Shown here: one piece after another, positions 39,198 through 52,402 of the stretch
Numbering within the stretch: the first letter of the stretch is position 1
Layout: each line of letters opens with the position of its first letter
NCBI GenBank assembly: GCA_045837725.1
Contig: JBEWZL010000038.1
Coordinates: 1-64,000, forward strand
DNA: 64,000 nt
Reading direction: 5' to 3'
Origin: Vermamoeba vermiformis
Lineage: Eukaryota
Made by a program: the position numbers and the translations under genes
The notes under the pieces: generated by a model
What the model saw: the letters and a program-made list of their open reading frames with translations, nothing else
Databases searched by the model: none
What the model was told of the DNA's origin: nothing

Positions 39198-42100
39198 ATG
39201 CGTTTCTCGATTTTGATTATAAGCTCACTATTATTACTAGGAGTAATTATTTCGAGCGCACAAAAAACAAACAAAATTATTGTCAAGTTGAAGCCTCGAG
39301 TTTCAATTGAGCAAGTTTCGGAAACACATCCGCTCGTAAAATTCGAACGGGCTTCAACTCTTCCAAGAGTGTTTGTATTCTCCGTGCAAAACATTAATGA
39401 TGTTGATCAGGTAAGATTTAATAATTAATTTTGGCTAAAGTTAAACCTGGATTTGTTTTTTCGTTCATTTCAGACCACTTACCACTTGCTTAGGAAACAA
39501 ATAAATTTGTTTCGGATCCACGTGTTGTTTGGGCAATAAATGATGAGGTTCGAGATTACGAGCCGGATGTGATACCAACGGATCCTTCGTTGCGAACCGG
39601 CCAACAATGGTAAGCAACAAATCTGTTTTAGTTTAAATTTTACTTAAAAATCCCATTAATGGATAGGCCTAACTAACTGAATTTACAGGTTTCATTGGTT
39701 TATCAACAGTACTCGGGCTTGGACGAGAGGGTTCTCAGGGCAAGGTCAAATCGTTCAGGTACAAAGAAAATTAACGTGGGTTCATATAATTGCGTACCAA
39801 CGCTAGTATTTCGAAGGTCATTGACACGCCAGTCTTTCCAAGTGACATCGATTTGAGAAATCAATTAGACCACGAACTGTCATTTGGAGGAGCTGTAACC
39901 GAACAGCCTGGTGCAGTCACGCACGGCACAATTTGCACAAACATCATTGTAGCAGAGGTATGTTGACGATGATGGTTAATAGCGACAGTTATAACTGATT
40001 AGTGTTTTCAAAGGCGAATGACTTTTGCGGTGCCGGCGTGGCTTATTCTTCTCGTGCAGCAATATTTCCTTTCATTGCAAACAGTGACGAGGACTTTTCT
40101 GATTTGGCTTTTGCTGAAGCCTACGCACTAGCATTTTCGGTACGTTTAACTGTCACTGACCTATAATTTCAGTCATATTGACCTTGGCAGGTGTCATCGA
40201 ACTCGTACGGCAGAGCGATGTGCAACGCTGCGAGGGGATGCAATATTGACCATAGAGGGATGATACCAGCTGTGCACGAAGCACTAGAACTGGCTCAAGA
40301 ACGCAACAATACTGTCTTCGTGTTCACTGCTGGCAATGACGGAGTTCATGGAGGCAGTCCAAACTTTCGAGATTTCGGTGCATCGCCTCGTGGCATTGTT
40401 GTTGGCGCCACAAGATTCGATGGCGCTCGTGCGAGCTACTCAAATGTAGGACCAGCAAACTGGATCGTTGCTCCTGCTGGTGATCATGACGAAGCTCAAA
40501 CGTGGACTTCAACAGTTGTTGGTGGTCAGCAACAATGTGGCTGGGTTGGTGTTGGCACGTCTTTCTCAGCGCCAATGGTCTCAGGCGCTGCTGCTATTCT
40601 ACGATCGGTAAGCTGTCGTTCATTCAATGCCAGTTCTAACACGAACAAACAGGCATATCCATCGCTGACATGGAGAGATGTCAAGCTGATTCTTGCTTAC
40701 TCCGCGAACAGGACTGACCCTGGACACGAGAGTTGGTTCAGAAATGGAGCAGGAAGATGGTTCAGCAATCATTACGGCTTTGGTCAACTGAATGTCGGCA
40801 AAGCAGTCGAGCTTGGAGCAACATGGAAGTCACTTGGGCCTCTTCAAATCCGCACTTTTCAGTCAAACCGCATCGTAGCTATGCCACGGACTCAATCTGT
40901 AATTACTTCCACCGTCTCAGTTCCACGCGGAATCTTCTCCAAAGTTGAAAGTGTTCAGCTGACTTTGAGTCTGAATGTAGCACAACGCGGCGACTTTCAA
41001 ATTGAATTGATATCACCTGCTGGCACGCACTGCGTGGTCTTCCCTTTCAGGCGCGACACAAACAGAGGTTATTTAAACTATTTAACGACGGCAAACTGTT
41101 TCCTTGATGAAGTCCCAGCGTAAGTATTAATTGACATACAAATGAGGCGCCGTTTTAATTTAAGGGTTAGAGGTTCATGGACACTAAGAGTTGAGCGAAG
41201 CAATCAGTCACTCGTCGTTGACCAAAGTTTTATCGATGCACTCTACAGCTTCTCGGTCATCGTTTGGGGTGAAGCTTTGTCTTCGCAAGTGCAATTGTTG
41301 CCACTAACGACAGCAACAAGACTTTCAAGCTTCACAATTACGGAGGGCGACACCTTCGAGCAGTTAGTACTTTTCCATAACTATCCAGCAACGATTGGTC
41401 TATTCTGGAAAGGTACAATCATTCCTCATCGGAAAGGAGCAAACAACTTGCTAATTCCTCCCAGATGTGTCCGGTCTGTATGGAGAACTGTTCACCACAG
41501 AGGGCAAGCAAACAACAGGCACTCAGAGACTCAATCCATCGAACTCTGATCATCCAACAGTCTCCGTGTTCTATGGAGGTGATCACGTGTTCACCTATTT
41601 GACGACCATCAATGAATCAGTAGTGTAAGTACAAGTCATTATAATGGCTGACACATACTAATGTGCTACATAATATAGATAGAATGAAAGCAGAAGTGCG
41701 AAACATCGACTTCATTCCGTTGACACCTTTAACTGACTTACCGGTCAATGACCTTAGATCTAACTTTATTAGTGCAGCAGCTGTTGAAGATAGTTTTGTT
41801 GTGAGCTACACATCTACAAATTCGTTAAGCCAAATTGCGCTTCTGAGTGTCAACTTTGGATCGCGTGACACAACTCCACTTTGCGTTCCTTTCTCGAACT
41901 ACACGACTGACGCTACCGAGGGCGCCTTTGCTGACGCAAGCAATTGCACAGAAATCGTGTATCGAAGAGACGGTGGGATCTCATTAGCTAAGCAAACGGA
42001 AATCAGAACAACATCACAAGTAGTGCTTCAATCGATTGGCATGAACTTGGTTCTTGGCACGTGGACCGATGGTCAATCAATCAACGCTGCACTCATCAGA

Positions 42101-42835
42101 GCTGATCTCGAAATACAAGTGGTTCGTTTACAAGCACCGCTAACAAGCATTGTACGAGCAGCAGCAACGCCAGAAGATGTTTTTATTGCATTTGGGCACT
42201 CACAAGGTGTTCTGATTGAACGATACGACATGAACATGATATTGCACGAGTCGTTTGTTGTACCAACAAGCGATCCCATTGTGTCAATCGATCTTGCGTA
42301 CACTCATGTTGAAGGACTATCGTTGGTCATTGCGACAACGAAGAACATCTCAGTCACCACATTCTTGCGCAATCACGACAGAACATTTGTGCAAACAAAT
42401 CAAGCCACCATTGCAACAATGCTCTCGCTAAACGTCCCAGTGCTTGATATTGACCAATCAGTGATGCCGAATGGAGATCTTGTTGTGACATTCTCAACGA
42501 TCCAAGAAATTCATGTTCAAGTATTCGATTCATTGATCTTTGGTATCGCTCCGTTGCCACCAGTAGAACCCATAGCAGTACCTGTAGAAGTGGTCTTATC
42601 TCCAGAGATCACTCAAGCACCCAACAGCGACTTCAATGTGCCGGAAACACCTCAAGACTCCCTCGAAGATCAGCTTCCTTCATGGGCCATTGCGCTGATC
42701 GTCATCGGTAGTCTCCTTGCCTTGTTCTTTGCTGTTATGTTCATTGTTGCTTACCAAAAGAAGCGAAAGAACCAAGGACGAACAATCGTTCAACAAGATC
42801 CAGATCTCATCGCCTACACCAAAATGAGTGTTTAA
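39198..42835 (+). CDS. Kexin/furin-like S8 serine protease (copy 2)
   Basis: Same architecture and introns as copy 1; VIDTP, HGTICT, AGND, GTSFSAP. Confidence 0.92.
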
Positions 42836-43166
42836 TCATCCCGAAGACAATCATAAAAGCTCTGAATGAAGATTTTAATCATTTATGCGCCAATCTTCGG
42901 ACTCAACGGTTTTACGCAAGAATTACGTAAGTCTAGTTTACCCACGTGGTTTAGAACATTTTAGCTCGGTTAATTTGAAATATTTGGAATTATCAACATT
43001 AAACTTGTAAATTTATTTTAGTGCGCACGGATCTCTTAATTTATTTGAAATCAAACGCGCAATTTGAATCCGCCAACAATTGTTGTAATTGTAATTATTC
43101 GAAATTCACAAAAGAAGGTAATTTGAAGCGCTCCACTACTTAAAAACTTTTAATTACCTACAATTT

Positions 43167-43658
43167 TCAATAAATAAGGGCAATTGCAGAAGCAAACAAT
43201 ACGGTTGAAGGAACAATGACCGAGCCAAAGTTAGCTTTAACGGGAGTAGAGGCCTGCGGGGCAGAAGATCCGGTGGGAGTAGCAGCGGTCGGCGCGGCGG
43301 TCGGCAGTGCATTTGGAGCGGCAACTGCAGGAGTAGCAGGAGGCGCGTTGCACAGGTTAGTATTACAGCATACTACGTTGCGGTAAGATTGAGGACTGGC
43401 CATCAGAGCGTCGCAAGTAGCGTTAGATGTGAATGAGTAGATTGTTTTGTTAGTGCCAGCAGCTTGCTCGTCAGTAGTGCAAGCAGGTTCTCCTTTATAG
43501 CAAGTAATGTCGTAACTGGTGCAGACGTAGGAGGGGTCTGCCACGGTGTAAGTCATAATTGTATCGTTGTAACGGTCGATATAGTAGCAAGTCAGATCCG
43601 CCGAGGCATTGACCGCTAAAGCAAGAAGAACTCCAAGGATAGCAAGGTTTTTGTACAT
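43167..43658 (-). CDS. Secreted, probably GPI-anchored Cys-rich protein with Ly6/uPAR-like CCxxxxCN motif
   Basis: Intronless 163 aa ORF: signal peptide, 8 Cys from LTCY to VVCCNTNLCN, Ala/Pro/Thr stalk, hydrophobic C-terminus. Confidence 0.8.
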   Translation of the reverse strand: MYKNLAILGVLLALAVNASADLTCYYIDRYNDTIMTYTVADPSYVCTSYDITCYKGEPACTTDEQAAGTNKTIYSFTSNATCDALMASPQSYRNVVCCNTNLCNAPPATPAVAAPNALPTAAPTAATPTGSSAPQASTPVKANFGSVIVPSTVLFASAIALIY

Positions 43659-43962
43659 TCTGGCAGGGCGTGTTGTAACCGTTAAATGAAAGCTAAGATA
43701 ATGAATGAATTTTTTGTGTTCGATGATTTTTTTAATTGCTATCTTTGGTCCGCACCATTCATACTTTACTGATCAGGTATAGAGAAGAAAAGATTGCCCC
43801 GAGATCGTTAGTAACCTCCATTTTGTGCACCGATGGAAAAGGTTGAAGTTAATTCCAACCAAATGGGACGAGACTAAGGGTCACTCACAAAAAATCGGCT
43901 AGTTCGTATCAAAAAAAGTCGGAGTTCACCTCTACCACAAGAGCGACGTTATTATTTCCGAG

Positions 43963-46900
43963 ATGCGCTCAGTGGTTTTGGTTTTATGGAGTGCATTGAG
44001 CATAGTTTTGATATTTAATGCTCTGATAACAAGCGCCGAAAAAACAAACAAAATTGTGGTCAAACTAAAGCCAGAAGTATCAGTGGAAGAAGTGTCAGAA
44101 ACACATCCATTCGTAAAATTTGAAAGAGCATCAACACTTCCCAGAGTGTTTGTATTTTCTGTTCAAAATATCGATGATGCCGATCACGTAAGATTTATTT
44201 TTATTCTAAATAAATTACTGTTAATTTCCGAAAACTTGAAAAATAATTGTAATAAATCCGATCTGATCCGTTGACAAGCATTGCTGACTGTTCTCTTTAG
44301 GAGACGCAAGACTTTGTTTTAGATTCTCGGGTGGCTTGGGCTCATATTGATGAGACGAATGAATATCAAGCAATGGGACTTCCGCCGGATCCCTCTTTTC
44401 AAAACGGCGCACAGTGGTAAGAAATAAATGATCAAAAAATATGATTCTTTTTTAGAGTGCTTATTTAATATTATCCGCCGTATGAATATCACGAACGCAG
44501 AGTATAAGTATTTTCACCTCCCTGACCTAACTTTTTATTAAGGTTTCATGGCCTTATCAACAGCTCCTATGCTTGGGCAAAAGGATTGTCTGGTCAAGGC
44601 CAAATCGTTCAGGTATTAATTCAATTTTTTCTTATCTTACCAAATAAGAAGTCTAATTCCATTTTTTAGGTGATCGATACACCAGTATTTCCCGAAGAAA
44701 TCGATATACGCAATCAACTTGACCACGCAAGATCTTTCGAAGGAAATGTCACCGATCCGCCTGCGCGATCCGTTCCGCACGGAACAGTTTGCACGAACAT
44801 TATTACTGCTGAGGTAAAACAATCATATATTTGATTCTTAATTATATTATTTATGTATTGTTCAGGCTAACGACTTTTGTGGTGCCGGAGTTGCGTTCTC
44901 AGCTCGGGCAGCTGTCTTTCCATTCATTGCAAACAATGCACGAAGATTTTCTTTCGTAGACTTTGCTGAGGCGATGTCGCAAGGCTTTTTGGTACGAGAC
45001 TTTGTTTTGTTTCTGAAACAAGCGACAACTTTTGACACTTTGACAGGTGTCATCAAATTCGTACGGTGGAACTATGTGCCGTCCGTGGTTTGGCTGTAAT
45101 ATTATGCAAAATGGACTGGCGCCTGTTCTTCAAGACGCTCTTGAGTTGGCTCAAAATCGCAACAACTCCGTCTTTGTATTCGCATCGGGCAACGAAGGAC
45201 AATGGGAAGGAAGTCCGAACTTCGGCGATTGGGGCAGCTCGCCTCGCGTCATAATGGTCGGTGCCACACGAATCAATGGAACGAGAGCAGGTTACTCTAA
45301 CGTCGGACCAGCGAACTGGATCGTTGCTCCTGCTGGTGATCACAATGAAAACACTACTTGGACGTCGTCCATTGTGAATAACGAACAACAATGTGGTGAA
45401 GTTGGTGTTGGCACTTCATACGCAGCACCAATGGTCTCAGGGGCTGCTGCTATTTTACGATCTGTAAGTCGTATATCGCTTTTGACTAACTGCTGTAGTT
45501 TTAATTTTGAACTTGACAGGCATACCCATCGCTGACATGGAGAGATGTCAAACTGATTCTCGCGTATTCTACTGACAGAACTGACATCGAACATGAGAGT
45601 TGGTTCAGAAATGGAGCAGGAAGATGGTTCAGCAATCATTACGGCTTTGGTCAACTGAATGTCGGCAAAGCAGTCGAGCTTGGAGCAACATGGAAGTCAC
45701 TTGGACCTCTTCAGATCCGCACTTTTCATTCGAACATCCGCACACCAATTGAAATCACTGCAGACAATCCCGTCATCACATCTTCAATCTCAGTACCTCA
45801 TGGTATCGTTGCAAGCGTCGAAAGTGTGCAGTTGACTTTGCACATGGATGTCACGCGACGAGGAGAGGTTCAAATTGAATTGATTTCGCCAGCAGGCACA
45901 CCTTGTGTGATTTTCCCGTTCAGAAATGACCGAAACAGACATTACGTCAACTTCGTAACATCAGCGAACTGTTTCCTTGGTGAAGATCCGACGTACGTGA
46001 CACTTGTTATGTTACTATTTCTTTAATACTTTATTAATTATTCTTGCATCAGTGGTCAATGGACGTTAAGACTCACGAGGAACAGTCAAGCAATATCTAC
46101 TCCTTGGCTTGCACCCGACGCGTTGAACAGTTTTGCGGTGACTGTGTGGGGTGAAGCAGCACCTTCGCAAGTGCAACTCGTTTCACCACTGACAGCGACA
46201 AGACTGTCAAGCTTCGCTATCAAAGAAGGCGATACCTTCGAGCAGTTGGAACTGTTCAACAACTATCCAGCAACGATTGGTCTCTTCTGGAAAGGTACGA
46301 ATTGACACCAAAAAAACGATCGTCCGAAACTAACACGTTGAAAACAGATACATTCGGCCTCTATGGCGAGCTGTTCACCACAGAAGGCAAACAAACAACA
46401 GGCACTCAGAGACTCAATCCATCGAACTCTGATCATCCAACAGTCTCCGTGTTCTATGGTGGCGATCACGCGCTCACGTTCTTAACGAACGTGAACGGCT
46501 CAGTAGTGTAAGTACATAGCAATATTATGGCTGACACGTACTAATGCGATTATCGTAGGATGCAAGCAGAAGTGCGAAACATCGACTTCATTCCATTGAC
46601 ACCATTGACTGTTCTACCGTTCAGTGATGTTGACCCTGAATATATGTCAGTTGCAGCGATCGGAGGCAGGCTAATTGCGAGCTACAAGTCATCGGAAAGC
46701 AAAAGTTCGAAACTAGTACTTCTGAATGTCAACTTTGGATCACGTGACGCAACACCTCTTTGCGTTCCATCGTCAAACTTCACAACTGAAGCTGATGGAG
46801 ATGTCTCTGGCATCGATAACAACTGCACAGAGATCGTGTACCGAAGAGACGGCGAGATCTCGTTGGTTAAACAAACCGAGATGGGAACACAAGCATCCAA

Positions 46901-47895
46901 TCAGACTTCAATCGATTGGCATGAACTTGGTTCTTGGCACGTGGAATGATGGTCAATCAATCAACGCTGCACTCATCAGAGCTGATCTTACCTTGATCGC
47001 TGTCACTTTGCAAGCACCAGTGACGGAAATCATTAGCGCAACAGCAACGCCGGAGGACGTCTTTATTGCATTTAAGCACTCACAAGGCGTTCTAGTCCAA
47101 CGATACGACATGGGCATGATCTTGCACGAGTCATTTGTGGTTCAAATGAGCTATCCCGTTATCGATATTAGCCTCACGTACGCTCATTTTGAAGGACTAT
47201 CACTGGTCATTGCAACAACCCGCAGTGTCTCAGTGGTCACATTTTTGCGAGACTACAAGAGCACCGACAGAACATATAAGCAAACGAATCAAGCGCCCAT
47301 TGCAACAATGCTCTCACAGAACGTTCCAGTGCTTGATATTGACCAATCAGTGATGCCGAATGGAGATCTTGTTGTGACATTCTCAACGATCCAAGAGATC
47401 CACGTTCAAGTGTTCGCAGCGTCGATATTTGGCACAAATAACGGCGGACCAAATGCTATCAGCTCTCCTCAAACTGTTGAGCCTTATAGCGCACCAATGA
47501 GCGACTCGATTGTGGAAGATCCGGAGGAAGAGTTGCCTTCGTGGGCGATTGCATTGATCGTAATTGCTACTCTTCTGGCTCTGTTCTTTGTTGTGCTATT
47601 TATAGTGGCCTATCAAAAGAAGCGAAAGAGTCAAGTACAAATGCGTGTTCAACAAGATCCAGATTTGATCGCCTACACAAAAATGACGTTTTCAGCGTAT
47701 GGTTTCATTTCATACAACTTTGGAAACCACGACTGGAACAGCACGCATCTCAGAGGATATAGCACAATCCTGACCGATAATAGTCGAGGTAAGACATTAA
47801 TTTTTTGGGTATTACTAATAATGTTAGGCAAGCGTTTTGGGCTGTTGGAGTTGTATAGTGCCGCCTTCTGTCCCTTGTTCATCCAACGGATATAA
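43963..47895 (+). CDS. Kexin/furin-like S8 serine protease (copy 3); one +1 frame break and extended C-terminus
   Basis: VIDTP, HGTVCT, SGNE, GTSYAAP. Extra base at about 46891-46899 relative to paralogs. Lacks the MSV* end of copies 1 and 2. Confidence 0.85.
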
Positions 47896-48184
47896 TGTTG
47901 AACCAGGGAAACACGAGGAATTTTCGCCAGAGTTATTATTATAAGCGTCCACGTTGTAATGTCAGTAGTCGAGGTCTTCCGTCAGAACTGATATTTCAGT
48001 GGATCGTCGACCAGAATTCTGATTGGGTTCTCGGTTTAAGAGATTTCTACTGAGGTTTGAGCGTTTCCGAAGAGCAAACGAACAATCTTGCGGTAGGATT
48101 GGTCGTCTAATCCCGCTTTATTTGGCTAAAATTATTTATTGATTTTTAAGCATTGTTAAACAACCAATTTAGGCCTCAAACACA

Positions 48185-51100
48185 ATGCAGTTGTGGATGC
48201 TGTATTTTGCCTTAGTAGGCACTATAGTGGCTGCACCAACGACTATAACACTCACACCAACCGTTGATACGAGTCTTGATTGCTGCTTTAGCGGGGCTTA
48301 CTCGATCTCGCAGACCATTCGATTGTACAGATGGGATTCAGTCTTTCCAATCTTGAAGTTTGATATCTCTTCTATTCCTTCCGATGCTTCTATAATTTCC
48401 TCTTCGTTCACCTTCACCTGGCAGACCGTTGCATCCGATTTGTAAGCAATTTTTATTAATAATTCCAATATTAGAGAAAATTAATTAATTATATGTCAGC
48501 AACTCTCCATTCGCGTACGTTGATTTGTACGACGTTCAAACCGATTTTACCGAAGACGCAACTTTCGCATCCACTGGCTTGGGAACTTCGTGGGGTAATT
48601 TTCAATCTTTACATCTATTTGCGGCTAATTACTTTGCTAGGCAAGAACGTTTACTCGGGCGCAGACGGCTTGCGCAGAGGTGTTGATTATGAGGTGTACT
48701 TCAGAACCAAGATCCCACAGTTTTATCCGTACAACACCACTTTAACGTTTGATACAACCACTCTCCTACAAAGTAAGAATATTTATATAATTTATTTTAT
48801 TTAAATGGTTATCTAACGGTCTATGGTAGCCAGCAAATCTCAAGGAAAGAGTTGGACCGGTTTAAGAATCGGTTCGTTCGATCTGTGGGGCTACATCTAC
48901 TCAAGAGAAGCTAGCGACGTTAGTCTACGACCAACATTGGAGATAACCTACTCACAATCTGCTCCCAGAGCTGAGTTGCGTAAGAAAAAATATAGAAAGA
49001 ATTTCCTGCTTTATTGGAACTTTCGTCTAACTTTTCGAATTCCGATAAAGCAAAACACATCGTGAAGACCAGCGACGAATGGACTCTTGGTACTCCTGTT
49101 ACTGTCTCATCGAGTTCTAGTTACATTCCCAACGGAGTTTCGGCTTCTTACTCCTGGGTTCTGAAGGACGTACCTCCTGGCACATCTTTCAAAAGTAAGT
49201 AGCTGTGTAATTCGGTTTATATTGCATTATAGAGCACGTTTAATGATTATTTTGACCGACTAGAGGGCGACAACATCGGCACTTCTGCAGATCTCAGTTT
49301 CAATCCCGATGCTCCTGGATTCTACCAAATTGAATTGACTGTCGCTAACAGCGCTAATGCTGGCGTTGAGTTCTCTAAAGCTACGACAGAACTCTGGGTT
49401 GGCCTTCGAACGCAGCATCCAAGGTGAGATCCGATCGGACCTAGATCATCTGATAAGATTGCTAATTATGCTAATAGAGTTCATCTATCGCCTTCTACAT
49501 TAGATCGCATTCAAAACGGCGACCACACTACCCTTACGTAAGTTTTGAAAGGCCTTTAACAAGTTCGATCTGACTTTTTTCCAGCTGGACCCAAACGATT
49601 GCCCAAGCTGACGATCCTCAGAGTTACTGGTTATATTCATACGCCGAGGTATACACTAAGATGGTGGCGTACTTGGCAACAAAAGACACGAAATATTGCG
49701 CGTCTACGTGGACCCACATGGCCAGCATTATGTTCCAAGACGGCGTTAACCCCTCTAGCGGCTATAAGACCTTGGCGGAGCGTTATGCTACTGGAGCTCC
49801 TTATTACACGGATTTGCATCAGGTTGCGTTTATTGGAGGCTTTTACATTGGAAACTTCGCCGTAGCTTTCGATTGGGGCTTTGATTGCTTTGACTCCGAT
49901 CAAAAACAACACATTCTCACGTGGACTACGAATGAGATGATCTATAACTACCTCTACAACGACTACTTCAAAGACTACTTCCGAAACGATGGTAATTTAT
50001 CTTCGGTACGAAGTGTGTCTGGTATTCTAATTTGTTATTATTCAGCTGTCGTTCTTTTTGACGCTGTGTCGCGTTTGCTGATGGCAACTTACGCTGAAAA
50101 CCCACGAACAGAACAACTAATTGATATCTACTTAGTGAGCTGGAGAAACAGTACGTAAACTGGTGATCTATCTATATCGCTAATTTGTCGAACAGTTCGC
50201 GATGCTTGGGGCTTCACTGGCAAGGGTGGTGCTTCAGCTGAAGGCAACGGCTACGGTGCTTCTACCGCTGGCTACCTTATTCATGGTGCTCACGCTGTGT
50301 ACGTACCATGCAGCATATTGTCATGACATTTAATCTAACCATCTTGTTGCATACAGATGGACTGCTAGTGGTGAAGATTTGTTTGAATCCATCGACTTCT
50401 TCAAGAGCAGAATGATGTACGATGCATTCTCTGCGTGGCCTAATCCATTCGGTGGCCCTGGTGCCGTAAGAAACTTGTATTTGTAGCGATTATCAATACG
50501 CGTACTGAATTCAATATTTGCAGCCTATCGAATACCCTGGGTTCCCTGTGCCCGAAGTTTCTATGCTCGGTGGCGATGGTCGTCGATCTATGAGCTTCAC
50601 CATGTGGTCGATGCGACCGATCGGACATATCTTGATGGAAAGATACCCTGATTCTCCCGCAGCCGCTGCCTTTGCCTATGTGTTCAAAGAGGTAAGTTAT
50701 ATACGTTCGCTTTGGAATCAAGAGCGAAATATTAATGAGTTTATACTTGCAGCCGCAAGGTTGGTTGAACTTTATCGACGCACTTTGGCCTTATCCTAAC
50801 CCCAATCCGACGCCTCCTGCCACACTGTCCCATTTTGCCGAGACTCTTGGTTGGGTCTACGCCAGATCTGATTGGACAAAAGATGCTACTTGGTTTGCTT
50901 TCAACGCTGGACCGCATCTTGATATCCACACGCACTACGACCAAGGAGCCTTTTCAATTTACAAACGAAGAGATCTTGCTATCAAAGCCGGAAATTATGA
51001 CGTAGGAACTCCTATGATGCGACACAATCTTGCTTTTTACTCTAGAACTGTCGGAGCGAACACCATCTTGATTGGAGCTCCTGGAGAGGCGTTCAGGTAC

Positions 51101-52289
51101 GTAATTCCGTTGTTAACGTAGAAGAATTCCTTGACTAATGCAATTGTACAGAGGATTCGTTCAAGGTATTGGCTGTGGTGCTGATGGCAGTACCCTCGGT
51201 GGAGCTACAATGGGCTACCCTGCAAATCAACCTGACATTAACAACGACTACAAATGTCCACCAAATGACGGAGGCCAACGAACAATGTACCCGTACCCTG
51301 CGCTCGTCACCACATTTGAAGATTACAACTACAACATTGATGTCTTCGAATCGGCCAAAGTGGTCCATTTCTCCGATCAAGACGGAATTATGGCTCTTTC
51401 AGCCGACATTACCAACTCGTACAATAATCCTCGTTACACCACCAACCCTGGCTTCATCAAAGTTACTGCAGTGTACCGCAAGGTGATTTACATTCGTGAC
51501 CTTGATTTGTTCTTGATTGGTGACATCGTTGCCGCAACAAACGGCCAGTGGGAGAAGAAAATTCTCGTGCACGCGTTGCAAAGCATCAACATCGATAAGA
51601 CTGCCACTACTGAAGTAACCGAAGAACTAGCAGGCGTCACGCACTACACCAACGTAAAGTCTGCTACTGTCATTGTTGACGACAGCGAGCCGAGCAATCC
51701 CGACCAAATTACCTACGATCTGCGCTCTGGCAATGCCTCGTTGATGATCGAAACTGTGTTCCCGAAGCAGTTCAAGTACACTTTGATTGGTGGTCGTACG
51801 CCCGAACAAGGTCACATTGCAGACTTTTGGGTCAAAGACTACAACGAAGGATTGAGCCCTAAATTTGCTTCATTGAACCACCCTCCATTAGAACCACAAG
51901 AAATTTACACGACGGTCTACGGTCCTACTTATAACGGTGGTTATGGTCGGTTCAGATTGGAGGTCACTTCTACCACTGGCGAACCAACGGACTACTTCTT
52001 GAACATGTACAGACCTACTATTGATGGCGTCAACAACAAGATGCCTGCCTACACTTCCTTCGAGGATGAAAATGTCTTTGGTGTCAAAATTTTGGATGAC
52101 CAGGGCAACACGGCGTACAAAGTGTCTTTCCCTAAAAAGGATACTTCCGCTCCGTACATTGGGGATCCCGTTCCACCTAGCCAATCAACTCCCGGAACTA
52201 CTCCGGGCAAACCAGTTATTAGCGGTGCTGCGTCGAATAGCTCAGTCTTCAGCGTGCTCATTGTCCTCATTAGTTTCTTGTTCTTTTAA
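48185..52289 (+). CDS. Secreted, probably GPI-anchored heparinase II/III-like polysaccharide lyase with DNRLRE-like and PKD-like N-terminal modules
   Basis: Signal peptide; ITLTPTVDTSL...ILKFDISSIPSDASIISS...YSREASDVSLRPTLEITY (DNRLRE-like); SYSWVL...FNPDAPGFYQIELTV (PKD-like); QHPRV, GGASAEGNGY, GWVYARSDW, HTHYDQGAFSIYK (heparinase II/III-like); hydrophobic C-terminus; exons splice in frame. Confidence 0.85.
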
Positions 52290-52402
52290 TTCACAAATAT
52301 AAACCATTCGTAATTTCTTACAACTCGAATTCAATGCAATATTTGGCTTGCTCCGTACAAAAGATGTTAATTGAATTTTACGTATTTACATTTTTTTTCG
52401 CA

